64,000 bases of DNA from an uncultured bacterium (GTDB lineage: Bacteria > Babelota > Babeliae > Babelales > Babelaceae): positions 704,001-768,000 of the forward strand of contig CAVRKK010000002.1 of assembly GCA_963722385.1 (NCBI GenBank). The letters run 5' to 3'. Made by a program: the position numbers and the translations under genes. This document shows, piece by piece, positions 31,095 through 40,592 of the stretch. Under the pieces are notes generated by a model. It was not told where the DNA came from. It saw only the letters and a program-made list of their open reading frames with translations, and did no database searches. Numbering within the stretch: position 1 is the first letter of the stretch; every line of letters begins with the position of its first letter.

Positions 31095-32519
31095 ATGATG
31101 GATACCATTAAGCAAACGCTTAGCAAGGGGATTCTGGGTGCAAACAAGCAGCGCACATACACAGAAATAATCGATTTTCTTGATAAACGTTGGTCGATTC
31201 CCCAGGACAAAAACAGCCTAGAGCGCGTAAAGGCTCTTGATGCAGCATTTGACCATCCCTCGCAAAAATTACCGGTTATTCTGGTGGCTGGCACAAATGG
31301 CAAAAGCTTAACGATTCACTTTACTGCTCAATTGCTCAAGACAGAAGGACTTAAGGTGGGAACCTTTTATGCGCCGCACATCTTGACCTATAATGAGCGC
31401 TTTGCCATTAACCATGAAATAATTACCAACAAGAGTTTTGCGGAAATAGCCAATGAGGTTATCAATACCGCGGAGAGCCTGGAGCTCAAGACTGGATCGC
31501 AAGAGCTTTTGACTATTATGGCGCTCGAGTATTTTATTCAGCAAAAAGTAGACGTTGCCGTGCTTGAGGTTGAGCAGGGGGCTCTTTACAATCCTGTTTC
31601 AATCTGCGCGCCTAAAATTGTAACCATTACTCGTGTGACGCCGCATGACATAGCAGTTGACGACAAGAAGCTCGAAGACATGACCCGCGAAACGATGAGC
31701 CTCGTCAAAAAAGGGACCCACGTTATTTCTGGCGATCAGAGCAAGACGCACTTGCATATTATGCAAGAGCTCACGGAGAACTTGCAAGCACAATGGGCAA
31801 TGCCTATTCGTAAACTCGCTGCGCTCGGCTATCCTTTTGAGCAACTGCATGGCCGCTGTGCCGCGTTAGCTGAAAGAACAGCGCAAATTTTCGTTGAAAA
31901 AGTATTAGCGCGCAATGCGACCCTCGTTATGGATAGCATCTTAACCAAGCAAAAAGGGCAGCGCGGTAGGCCGACTATCGAAGAAAAAAGAAGAGCTGAG
32001 CTCTATCCTAAAAAGACTATCGACCAATTCTGGAAAGAAACGGTGAGCGAACTGCCGTGTCGCTTCCAACTGCTTGATAAAGAAAAGCCAAGCATATTGC
32101 TTGATAATGCGCGCAACGTCGATGCATTTAAAAATCTGCTTCTCGGCATACGCCTTCTCCATTACCAACGCCCCCTTAAAGGCCTGTCCATCGTCGTTGC
32201 AGCAGCGCAAAATACCTTACATAGCGAAGAGTTTATCAAGCTGCTCCGCTACTTCTTTAAGAAAACATCGGGACAACTCTTCCTGTGCCCCCTTGAGCAA
32301 CCGCTGCCAGGCGTTAACGAGAATAGTTCATGGAACGTTGAGCAAGTCACCAACGATGTTAAAAGCATGAAGGTAAAGGCGCGCGCCTGCAAGAATTTTG
32401 AGGAAGCATTCGACCTTGCCAAAAAATCAGTCGATGAACGGCATGGCCTTGTTGTTGTTACGGGGTCCCAGTCGATTATTCATCAGTATTGGCAACATAA
32501 AGGGCTCAAAAAATTCTAA
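31095..32519 (+). CDS. folC: Folylpolyglutamate synthase/Mur-ligase-family protein (divergent)
   Basis: VAGTNGKS, PHI..YNERF, VDVAVLEV and VVTGS motifs; several canonical residues altered. Confidence 0.65.
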   Translation: MMDTIKQTLSKGILGANKQRTYTEIIDFLDKRWSIPQDKNSLERVKALDAAFDHPSQKLPVILVAGTNGKSLTIHFTAQLLKTEGLKVGTFYAPHILTYNERFAINHEIITNKSFAEIANEVINTAESLELKTGSQELLTIMALEYFIQQKVDVAVLEVEQGALYNPVSICAPKIVTITRVTPHDIAVDDKKLEDMTRETMSLVKKGTHVISGDQSKTHLHIMQELTENLQAQWAMPIRKLAALGYPFEQLHGRCAALAERTAQIFVEKVLARNATLVMDSILTKQKGQRGRPTIEEKRRAELYPKKTIDQFWKETVSELPCRFQLLDKEKPSILLDNARNVDAFKNLLLGIRLLHYQRPLKGLSIVVAAAQNTLHSEEFIKLLRYFFKKTSGQLFLCPLEQPLPGVNENSSWNVEQVTNDVKSMKVKARACKNFEEAFDLAKKSVDERHGLVVVTGSQSIIHQYWQHKGLKKF

Positions 32520-32538
32520 AGCCTGCTAATAACTCACT

Positions 32539-32566
32539 AAAGCCCCATTTCGATGGGGCTTTTTTT
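32539..32566 (+). terminator. Intrinsic terminator
   Basis: AGCCCCAT-TTCG-ATGGGGCT followed by a T tract. Confidence 0.85.
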
Positions 32567-32670
32567 ATTGCCAAAAATCTAAACTGCTTGGCTGGAAGTG
32601 ATTCTAGTTGCGTGCGCTCCGTGATAACTTTATACTGGTAATTATATATACAAGCCAAGGATACATTATC

Positions 32671-33408
32671 ATGCAAGGGTTTGAACTATTTGAGCACCAT
32701 GCGTGGCGCCCTTTTGAACGTATGGGGTGGACGCACTCATTTTGGACTATCGACATCGATACGATTCTATTTACCTGGCTTGTTCTTTTGCTTATCGTAA
32801 TCCTTGTGCTTTTGGGACGCTGGAGCCTCAGTCGGCCCGATAGTATTCCTGGCTACCTCGCGCAAGCATACGTGCGTAGCTTTGTGAACATGATAACACA
32901 ATCACTCGAGTACTTTAATTATCGCTACTTTGCCTTTATCGCGAGCCTGTTTACGTTCATCTTTCTGTGCAACATACTTATTATTCTACCCTATGGCGAA
33001 GAGCCGACCAAGAATATCAATACGACGCTCGCGCTGGCTCTCGTATCGTTTGCCTATGTTCAAAAAGAAAGCATTAAGGCACATGGATTGTGGGGCTATA
33101 TCAAAGAATTTTTTAAGCCCTTTTTTATTTTTTTCCCGCTCGAAGTTTTAGGCAAGCTCGCCACCATCGTCTCCCTCTCGTTTCGGCTTTTTGGCAATAT
33201 ATTTGGCGGCTCCATTATTAGCACGATGTGGCACAGCGCTATTGCCGGATCAATACTTGGCCAAATAGCTGGTACGCTTATGGGGGTCAGCATAATTATT
33301 ATGCTCTTTTTTGGCCTGTTTGAGGGTCTTATCCAGGCATTCGTATTTTCAATATTGACCTTAACGTATCTTTCAATGGCTACTGCACAAGAAAGCACTC
33401 ATGAATAG
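32671..33408 (+). CDS. atpB: ATP synthase F0 subunit a
   Basis: PTKNINTT, SLSFRLFGN (essential Arg) and IQAFVF..LT..Y. Confidence 0.95.
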   Translation: MQGFELFEHHAWRPFERMGWTHSFWTIDIDTILFTWLVLLLIVILVLLGRWSLSRPDSIPGYLAQAYVRSFVNMITQSLEYFNYRYFAFIASLFTFIFLCNILIILPYGEEPTKNINTTLALALVSFAYVQKESIKAHGLWGYIKEFFKPFFIFFPLEVLGKLATIVSLSFRLFGNIFGGSIISTMWHSAIAGSILGQIAGTLMGVSIIIMLFFGLFEGLIQAFVFSILTLTYLSMATAQESTHE

Positions 33409-34345
33409 CATTGCCCATTCAGCCACCATTGGTGCGCTTGTTGTTTTACCTGCCCTCGGTGTAGGTATTGGTCAGGGCCTTGTCAACAAGGCGGCGCTCG
33501 AAAGCATTAATCGGCAACCAGGTGCTGAAACAGCCCTGAGGCGCCTCGCCCTCATTTCTATGACTTTAAGCGAAACAGCTGTTTTGCTCGGCGTGGTCAT
33601 GGCGATTCTGTTGTTGGGATCGACGCCGAAGGTTCCCTATAGCATGTTTGCTTACGCCGGCATTGTCAGCGCGCTCGCGCTGCCGGCCTTTATTGTGGGC
33701 ATCATAGCAGCGGGGCCTGGCCGCGCTGCCCTTGAGGCCGCAACGCGCCAACCACTCTTTACGGGCAAGATCACGCAGCTCCTTTTGCTTACCCAAACGG
33801 TTCTTCAGACACCGACAATATTTGGCTTTATTATTGCGCTTATGTTACGCAGCCAGCTCAATACCATTAGCTCATTGAGTGACGCTTTACGCTTGTGTGC
33901 AAGCGGCATGACATTTGGTATAGCATGTATCGGGCCGCTCTTAGGATTGAGCTCCTTTACCAAAAGGGTTTGTCGGATTATCGGTGTCAACCGTGATATC
34001 TATCCACGCTTGCGTACCTTTACGTTTATCAGCCAGGCACTGATTGAGGCGCCCATTGTATTCGCGCTTATGGTGGCGCTTATTTTAGCAATCATAACCC
34101 CGACCGGGGCTTTGGTGGCTGACAGCAGTGCATTTCTTGCGGTAGCCTGCGCGATGGGGCTGAGTACCCTAGGCACCGGCTTGAATTCAGGGCGCGTCGC
34201 TACGCAGGCAGCCAAGCAAATAGGCCTACATCCCGAGCACTACAGTACGCTCGCCAAAATGAGCATGATCTCGCAAACCTTTATTGATACCTCATCAATT
34301 TACGGGCTGCTGCTCTCGCTTATTATTCTGCTCACCCGTTCCTAA
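33401..34345 (+). CDS. ATP synthase subunit c, four fused hairpins
   Basis: Four c-like units (RQP loops in units 1-2); ion-site residues in LSETA, VLQTP, LIEAP and FIDTS; overlaps atpB. Confidence 0.85.
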   Translation: MNSIAHSATIGALVVLPALGVGIGQGLVNKAALESINRQPGAETALRRLALISMTLSETAVLLGVVMAILLLGSTPKVPYSMFAYAGIVSALALPAFIVGIIAAGPGRAALEAATRQPLFTGKITQLLLLTQTVLQTPTIFGFIIALMLRSQLNTISSLSDALRLCASGMTFGIACIGPLLGLSSFTKRVCRIIGVNRDIYPRLRTFTFISQALIEAPIVFALMVALILAIITPTGALVADSSAFLAVACAMGLSTLGTGLNSGRVATQAAKQIGLHPEHYSTLAKMSMISQTFIDTSSIYGLLLSLIILLTRS

Positions 34346-35155
34346 TTCTTGATACACTTCCTGGCGGTCACGGTCATACGTAAAGCGTATCGATGAGGCA
34401 GCCTGGCTGAGCAGTTCATTTTCATAATCTTTTAATGCCTGCTTAACCCGGTTTTGCCGAATCGTATTTTCGATCTCACTCATACGCTTTTTGTCCTCTT
34501 CCGCATTACCTGTAACCAAGGGAGCCTGTCGCTCAGGGTTTTTCGCTATGATCTTGGTAAGTTCAAAGCCGCCTTGTATCTGTTCAATAAGTACAATTTC
34601 CCCTGGTACTTTTTGTCCAAAAAGCTGCTTATCCTGCGCGAGGTCATGTATATTTACCGTAAAGGGTGCTCCCCAGGCGATGGGCTTGGTAAGCGTTTGC
34701 GTGGCAAGCTCTTTCTCGAAATCAGCATTGTTCTGATTGCTCTCAACGGCCGCGGTGATGAGCGTTATACTTGCTGGCTCGATCGGTGCGTGTTTCTTCC
34801 AATAGTCCTCAATGTGGCTCTGCTCAACTGGCGAGGAGTGGATATCTTGAATGCGGAACCGCTGGAGTTGGTCAATCGTTTCCCGGCGCCGGAGTTGGTC
34901 GCGGCCTTCTGCCAGCGTATAGCCGCGTGACTTAAAAAGCATCTCTAATTGTTCTAAGTCGCAGTTATTGAGCTTTTGCAGCTGCTTAAGGTACTTGTCG
35001 ATATCTTCGTCGGTAATACGCACGTTAAATTTCTGCGCATCGATAAGCATCAGATGCTCAAGCACGACGTCGCGCAAAGTGCGTGGCTCACCCGACAAGA
35101 GCGGTCGCACATCGCGCGTCAAAATAAGCACGGTATCGGCCTGTCCGGCAATCAC
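34295..35155 (-). CDS. SurA N-terminal-domain chaperone-like protein (start uncertain)
   Basis: LMLIDAQKFNVRITDEDIDKYL...GYTL; adjacent to a PrsA-like gene; 5' end appears frameshifted. Confidence 0.7.
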   Translation of the reverse strand: MIAGQADTVLILTRDVRPLLSGEPRTLRDVVLEHLMLIDAQKFNVRITDEDIDKYLKQLQKLNNCDLEQLEMLFKSRGYTLAEGRDQLRRRETIDQLQRFRIQDIHSSPVEQSHIEDYWKKHAPIEPASITLITAAVESNQNNADFEKELATQTLTKPIAWGAPFTVNIHDLAQDKQLFGQKVPGEIVLIEQIQGGFELTKIIAKNPERQAPLVTGNAEEDKKRMSEIENTIRQNRVKQALKDYENELLSQAASSIRFTYDRDRQEVYQELGTGEQNNKREQQPVN

Positions 35156-35274
35156 GGCCCTTACTTGTTCAGGACGTATTTCTGCCGCACCAACACCCAG
35201 CGCTATAAAAGCCGAGCAAAATACCTAAAAATAAAAAATAATAGTTGTACATATGCATATAAAAACCCCTATGA

Positions 35275-35302
35275 ACAAGCAGCGAGAAAGCTCGCTGCTT
35301 GT
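35275..35302 (-). terminator. Stem-loop terminator
   Basis: ACAAGCAGCGAG-AAAG-CTCGCTGCTTGT 12-bp stem. Confidence 0.7.
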
Positions 35303-35314
35303 GTGTTGCTTATG

Positions 35315-36430
35315 TTAAGCAGCCTGTTGCGGCCCTTTTGCCGGTTTTGGCGCGACGGGCGCAGGAGCTGGCTTTTCTACTGGTTGCTCAGCTGGTTCGG
35401 CCGGTGCAAGTGGTTGTAGTGCCTGTTTGCGTTTGTTCAAGTACTCTTTATTGACCTCGACCTTGTATTTTTTCTTGAGGTCTTCCATCTTCTTCGCGTG
35501 AAGCTCGTTAAACTTTTTGCCTGTAATGATCTGTTTGACGGCGTCTTTTACTTGGCCAACATCAGCATGTTGAGCTTCTTGCTTGCTTGTTATGGCAACG
35601 ACGCGATACTTGCCGTCGGCGCCCTTAACCACGTCGGTCGAAGGGAAAGTCTTTGAGCCGAGGATCTTGTCTTTTACCTGGGTATCAATGGTGCTTTGGG
35701 AGTTGACGAGACCGTAATCAGTAACTTTCTTTTTAGCATCTTTTGCTACCTGATCGATGGAGCTTTGTTTTACTTTTTCAGCAAGCTCTTGGGCTTCCTT
35801 TTCATTAGCGGCTTCGATACCCTTAGCCTTAACCCCGCTTGGTGTTACGAGGAATGGTGGTCTTTGGAAGGCTGGCTCTTTGTCCTTCTTTTCTTCGTAA
35901 TATTTCTTAATTTCGTCGTCGGTCACCGTGATCTCTTTCGCGAGCTCATTTTCGAAGGCGCGTAGTGCGAGGTCGCGGTCGACTGCTTCGTGGACACGCG
36001 CGGCGTTTTTGCGATACTCAGGGGTTTGGTCGATACCGCTTTCTTGGACCCAGCGGAGCATGGTTTTTTCAAGCGCCATGGCGTCAAGAATTTGCGCGTA
36101 CATCTCGTTTTGGTTTTCCTCTGGGATATAAGGGAGCATGTCCTTAAGTGCTGGCTGGGCTTCCATAATTAACTGGATATTTTTCTCGTAGTCTTTGCCG
36201 GTGGCTGCGGTTTGACCGCCGAAGGTAACGACTGGTTCTTTGAGCAGCTCGGGGCTCATGCCGGCAATAACTACTTCTTCTTCTTCCACGACAGGCCCAT
36301 GTTGGTCACATGAAACGCAGCCGCTTGTTTCTTTTTTCATGGCGAAAGGGTTGTTGCAGCCTGGCAGTAAGGCAACCACGGAGAGAAGAAGCAGCTTGTT
36401 AAGGCAGTGGCGAGAACTTTGGTTCATCAT
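35315..36430 (-). CDS. PrsA/parvulin-like foldase lipoprotein
   Basis: Lipobox LPGC, ITVTDDEIKKYYE and LKKKYKVEVN. Confidence 0.75.
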   Translation of the reverse strand: MMNQSSRHCLNKLLLLSVVALLPGCNNPFAMKKETSGCVSCDQHGPVVEEEEVVIAGMSPELLKEPVVTFGGQTAATGKDYEKNIQLIMEAQPALKDMLPYIPEENQNEMYAQILDAMALEKTMLRWVQESGIDQTPEYRKNAARVHEAVDRDLALRAFENELAKEITVTDDEIKKYYEEKKDKEPAFQRPPFLVTPSGVKAKGIEAANEKEAQELAEKVKQSSIDQVAKDAKKKVTDYGLVNSQSTIDTQVKDKILGSKTFPSTDVVKGADGKYRVVAITSKQEAQHADVGQVKDAVKQIITGKKFNELHAKKMEDLKKKYKVEVNKEYLNKRKQALQPLAPAEPAEQPVEKPAPAPVAPKPAKGPQQAA

Positions 36431-36509
36431 AAGCGGTCCTTTTGATAGTAATTAAACAGTTAGTCCTTCTGCGTAGAGTATCACACAAGTTCCCTTCGTG
36501 CAAAATCTT

Positions 36510-37169
36510 CTACAAAGCTCTGCAAGCAAGAAGCACGCTTAACGACCGGGGATTTTCGCCGAACAGCGTTTGAGCGGCTGATCTAAGCGTTGACCCGGTA
36601 GTCATCAAGTCATCTACCAGTATAACATGCTTTCCATCAATGAGGTTACGATTGCTTTTTTCAATTTCGAATGCCTCAGTAACATTTGCAAATCGCTGCT
36701 GAGCGGGCAAGCTTGCTTGGAACTGTGTGCACTTTACGCGCTTAAGCATAGCTACAACCGGTTTTTTTATACAAGCTCCTAGTTCCTGTGCCATAACTTC
36801 CGCCTGGTTGAAGCCTCTTTTCGCGTAGCGTGTCCAATGAAGCGGTACCGGGACAAGTAGGTCACCGTCAATTGTTTGGAGCGGCAGGCGTTGTATCATG
36901 AGAGCACCAAGTTGTTTGCTGGCGATGCTATTGCCATGGTGCTTGGCAAGAATGAGTGATTTAAGCGGTTCTTCGTAGCGGCCGGCGGCGTACACGCGTA
37001 TCTTGCATGTTGCACTGAGCACTATTTCTTCTGAAACAACCGGTGTTATGAGCCGCGAGCATTTTGCGCAGAGCGGTTGTTCGTATTCGGTCCAGTCGTG
37101 GCAGTAAAAGCAGAAGCTCGGTGCTATGAGCTGGAGAAGGCTTTTGCGTAAAAGTTTAAGCATATACAC
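36510..37169 (-). CDS. comF: ComF-family competence protein
   Basis: CxxC...CxxC, VPVPLHWTR..RGFNQ and LVDDLMTTGST. Confidence 0.93.
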   Translation of the reverse strand: MYMLKLLRKSLLQLIAPSFCFYCHDWTEYEQPLCAKCSRLITPVVSEEIVLSATCKIRVYAAGRYEEPLKSLILAKHHGNSIASKQLGALMIQRLPLQTIDGDLLVPVPLHWTRYAKRGFNQAEVMAQELGACIKKPVVAMLKRVKCTQFQASLPAQQRFANVTEAFEIEKSNRNLIDGKHVILVDDLMTTGSTLRSAAQTLFGENPRSLSVLLACRAL

Positions 37170-37191
37170 TCTCCCAATTAGCTAAATTTGA

Positions 37192-37641
37192 ATCGTCTAC
37201 CTGGCAAAGGCGCCTATGCGGCGGGCAGCAGGGCAGCGGCCCTGCACCCACACCAATATGCGTAGTAGCGCAAGCAGTTTTTCTTTCTCTTCTCGTGCCA
37301 TAACCATGCGGAGCGCATGATTACGGCAAACGCAATTCTCCTCACGGAGAATAGAAAGTTTCTTATATGTCAACAGCAGCTTCTCTATTAAAAGAGAACT
37401 AAAATTTTTAATAAAAATCTGATGAGGCCCTCCGTAATAGCCCGGCGCGTCCTTTTAGGACGCAAGGTGCATGAGTAGGGCCGCTTGGATTGGGTCCAGG
37501 GTGAAACCTGGCGCACAGAGTGCAGAGGTGTTTGCGAGAACACCTCTGCCGCCCGCCGCGGAGGCGTATTCATTAAGCGATAGCGATAAGCTAATCTTTT
37601 TTAAGGCTGATTGTTTCGGAAGCTTTCGCTCAGTTATGTGC
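37192..37641. repeat. Structured dispersed repeat, copy 3 (shorter)
   Basis: Inverted ends at 37211 and 37566; 5' half near-identical to copy 1; lacks two internal hairpin modules. Confidence 0.9.
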
Positions 37642-37656
37642 ATGCTGCAAGCAACA

Positions 37657-38115
37657 CTATTTAAATTTAGTAAAAACAAGCATTAGAAACACCCCACCCA
37701 CGACCGCTATATCCGCAGCATTAAACAACGTAGGAAACTCGATACCACCGTATCCCAATCGTATAAAATCAACCACAGCCCCATACCAAACGCGATCAAA
37801 AATATTGCCAAGCCCGCCGGCTATGACAAAAGCCTCGCCTAAAATTAAGTATCCTCCATAAAATCGCTTATATGCATAATATGCCATATAAGAAATAAGC
37901 GCAAAGAGTGCTATTGTCATCAGTCCATACGCTATGGGATTATCGAGCGGGAGCATACCCCATGAAATACCCTTATTGTAAATAAGATGACAGGATAATC
38001 CCGGCATAAGCTCCTGCGGCAACGAGCATGATCTTATGGCCCATAACTTTGTTAAGCGGTCAATAACGGTAATCAACATGATAAGCAGGCAGTACCACGT
38101 CAGTGCAATCTTCAT
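37657..38115 (-). CDS. lspA: Lipoprotein signal peptidase II
   Basis: DRLTK, NKGISWG, GGLGNIFDR, VVDF and FNAAD motifs. Confidence 0.95.
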   Translation of the reverse strand: MKIALTWYCLLIMLITVIDRLTKLWAIRSCSLPQELMPGLSCHLIYNKGISWGMLPLDNPIAYGLMTIALFALISYMAYYAYKRFYGGYLILGEAFVIAGGLGNIFDRVWYGAVVDFIRLGYGGIEFPTLFNAADIAVVGGVFLMLVFTKFK

Positions 38116-40427
38116 CGAATAGCAACTCCCAGCTTTTGTAAAGATCCATGTACCGCATGAAGCACGTTATCAATATCCTCTTTGGTAAGCGTTTTAGTTT
38201 CATCGCTTACTTTAAACCTAAGCGTTAACGACCGTTGCTCATGCCACTCGTTCTTTTCGTAATAGTCTGCTAAGTAGACATCGCGTATACGATGATCGCT
38301 CATCATAATCGCCCGCTCAAGCTGAGCGCAGGTGATGTCAAACGGCGCAAGCACGCTCACATCTAAGTGGGTACTCGGATACTTAGGCAAGGGCTTGATG
38401 AAAACGGGAGGCTTGACATACTCACGCAAAAAGGTGCCATCTAATTCAGCAATAAAAGCACTACCGGGCGCTATCTTATCTAATACCAAAGGGCTTATCA
38501 TGCCAGCATAGCCAATACTCGTCTCCCCATGATAGAGCTGCGCTGTTTGATAAGGATGATACCATGGCGCTGGCACCACCGCAGCTTTTTGCCACATAAC
38601 GGAGATCCCGAGCATATCAAAAAGGCCTACAAGGTCAGCTTTTGATGCGTAAAAATCGACAGCCTGACTCGGGTCATACCATGCGGCAGCTAAGCAATAC
38701 CGCTCGTCTATTCTCTGCTCCTGCTGATGCCACACCCGTGCCCACTCAAAAAATCGTAAAGCCTGTTTCTGATTGCTATTTACCGCAATCGCGTGCAGCA
38801 AATGGGGAACGAGCGAGGTTACTAAGCGGCACCAATGCTCAGAGACAGGGTTGCTTACCCCAGGGGACCCTTCAGGCTCCCAATCGAGCAGCCGTAAGAA
38901 CTGTTCATCGTAAAGGGGATAACTTGCTATCTCATGCATTTTTAACCCAAATGCGCAATACCTCTTGAGCCGCCTGACACAAAACACCTGATGATTGTCA
39001 ATGGGTATGCATACACGCCGTGGCACCTCGCGTTCAAGAGTGCCGTAACCGACAAAACGTACGATCTCTTCAACGAGATCGTCTTGGATAGTAATATCGC
39101 GCAAACGGAAGGTTGGTACGGTGACAACATACGCTTTCTCGTCTTCGGCAATGCCAAATTCCAGCGCGGTCAATATCCGCATGATATCCTGTGAGGGAAT
39201 ATCTATGCCAACCTTTTGCGTGACAAAATCATGCTCGAGTATGATTGTTCGGGGACAAGCCGGCTCGCCTAACGAAACGAGCTCCTGATTAACGGTATAA
39301 GCAATCCCCCAGTCGTTCAATAAGCGCAAAAAGCGCATGAGCGCTGTAGTATTTTGATTTGGGTCAAGCCACTTTTCAAACCGCGCCGAAGACTCTGTTC
39401 TTTTTTTGTGGGCGAGCGAGCTTTTTCTAAGAGCTGCCGGCTGGAAGTGCGCCGACTCTACTAAAGTGCTTACGGTCGCCATACTTATGGATGCTGCCGT
39501 GCCACCCATAATACCAGCAAGTGCCAACGGTTGATCTCCCTGTGCGACAACACTGTCAGTAGGTGATAACGTAATAACCTGGCCATCAAGCAATTCAAGG
39601 CGCTTGCCGGGCAAGGTGGTAACATGTAATAGTTCGCCCGTAAGTGCCGATGCATCAAAAGCGTGCATTGGTTGTCCAATGTCGTACATCACATAGTTGG
39701 TAGCATCGACAAGCGCATTAATAGGCCGCGCATCGATGGAAGCCAAACATTGGGCCACAAAGGGGACGGAATGCTTATTTTCAATAGTGCTTATAAAGAT
39801 TCCCGCAAACCTGTCGCAAACGCCAGGATCGTCAATCTCAAGCGTAAAGCGACTATCAGCGATAGGTGCCCGATACCCATAATTTTTAATAATCTTTTGT
39901 ACAATAAGTTCTTCTTCGGGTACCATATGCACGCCAAGCAATGCAGCAATTTCACGCGCAATACCACGATGACTCCAGAGGTCGGGCCGATGTGTGAGTG
40001 ACGTGTTATCGAGCGTGATGAGGTAATCTTCTTGAAGACAAGCATCTTTCCACCCACCTTGCACAAGCTCAGCAGGACAGGAAAGTGGCGGCAGAAGCCC
40101 CTCTTTCGTGCCGGCAAAATCTTGTATTGTCGCATAGCGATAGAGTTCATGATCTTTCTTAATAAGGCACAATGAGCCAACAGCAGTATCTTTGCGATGG
40201 GGCAGCATAAAGGTGCTGTTCCATTCAGGGCAGTACAAAACTGCCTGGTCGCCCTTCTGTTGCGTCAAATAAGCAAGCCCACACGACGGTAAATCAAACG
40301 ATACCCTGCAACATGATTCAATTTCTGCCGTCGTGTTATTAAATCGATCTACCAAGGCATCAATATCAAGATGCTGCCAAGCAATATCCTGAATATGCTC
40401 AAAAACCCATGCCAATGATAATTTCAT
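38112..40427 (-). CDS. pheT: Phenylalanine--tRNA ligase beta subunit
   Basis: MKLSLAW, HRPDLWSHRGIAREI, VDATNYVM, GQPMHAFD, DLVEEIVR and SLTLR motifs. Confidence 0.95.
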   Translation of the reverse strand: MKLSLAWVFEHIQDIAWQHLDIDALVDRFNNTTAEIESCCRVSFDLPSCGLAYLTQQKGDQAVLYCPEWNSTFMLPHRKDTAVGSLCLIKKDHELYRYATIQDFAGTKEGLLPPLSCPAELVQGGWKDACLQEDYLITLDNTSLTHRPDLWSHRGIAREIAALLGVHMVPEEELIVQKIIKNYGYRAPIADSRFTLEIDDPGVCDRFAGIFISTIENKHSVPFVAQCLASIDARPINALVDATNYVMYDIGQPMHAFDASALTGELLHVTTLPGKRLELLDGQVITLSPTDSVVAQGDQPLALAGIMGGTAASISMATVSTLVESAHFQPAALRKSSLAHKKRTESSARFEKWLDPNQNTTALMRFLRLLNDWGIAYTVNQELVSLGEPACPRTIILEHDFVTQKVGIDIPSQDIMRILTALEFGIAEDEKAYVVTVPTFRLRDITIQDDLVEEIVRFVGYGTLEREVPRRVCIPIDNHQVFCVRRLKRYCAFGLKMHEIASYPLYDEQFLRLLDWEPEGSPGVSNPVSEHWCRLVTSLVPHLLHAIAVNSNQKQALRFFEWARVWHQQEQRIDERYCLAAAWYDPSQAVDFYASKADLVGLFDMLGISVMWQKAAVVPAPWYHPYQTAQLYHGETSIGYAGMISPLVLDKIAPGSAFIAELDGTFLREYVKPPVFIKPLPKYPSTHLDVSVLAPFDITCAQLERAIMMSDHRIRDVYLADYYEKNEWHEQRSLTLRFKVSDETKTLTKEDIDNVLHAVHGSLQKLGVAIR

Positions 40428-40563
40428 AAATAAATCGTCCTATAAGCTTACCAGAAGATTAGCTGCCCTTTTCAGAATAAGCAAAAAGGGAAAAAGTAGC
40501 AAATAGGCCGAAATTTTGGCCTGGCATGATGAGTAAAAATATTTAATGCGGCAATAATAGTTA

Positions 40564-40591
40564 AAGAGACTGCTTGAAAAAGCAGTCTCTT
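40564..40591 (-). terminator. Stem-loop terminator
   Basis: AAGAGACTGCTT-GAAA-AAGCAGTCTCTT immediately after the 40593 stop. Confidence 0.7.
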
Positions 40592-40592
40592 C

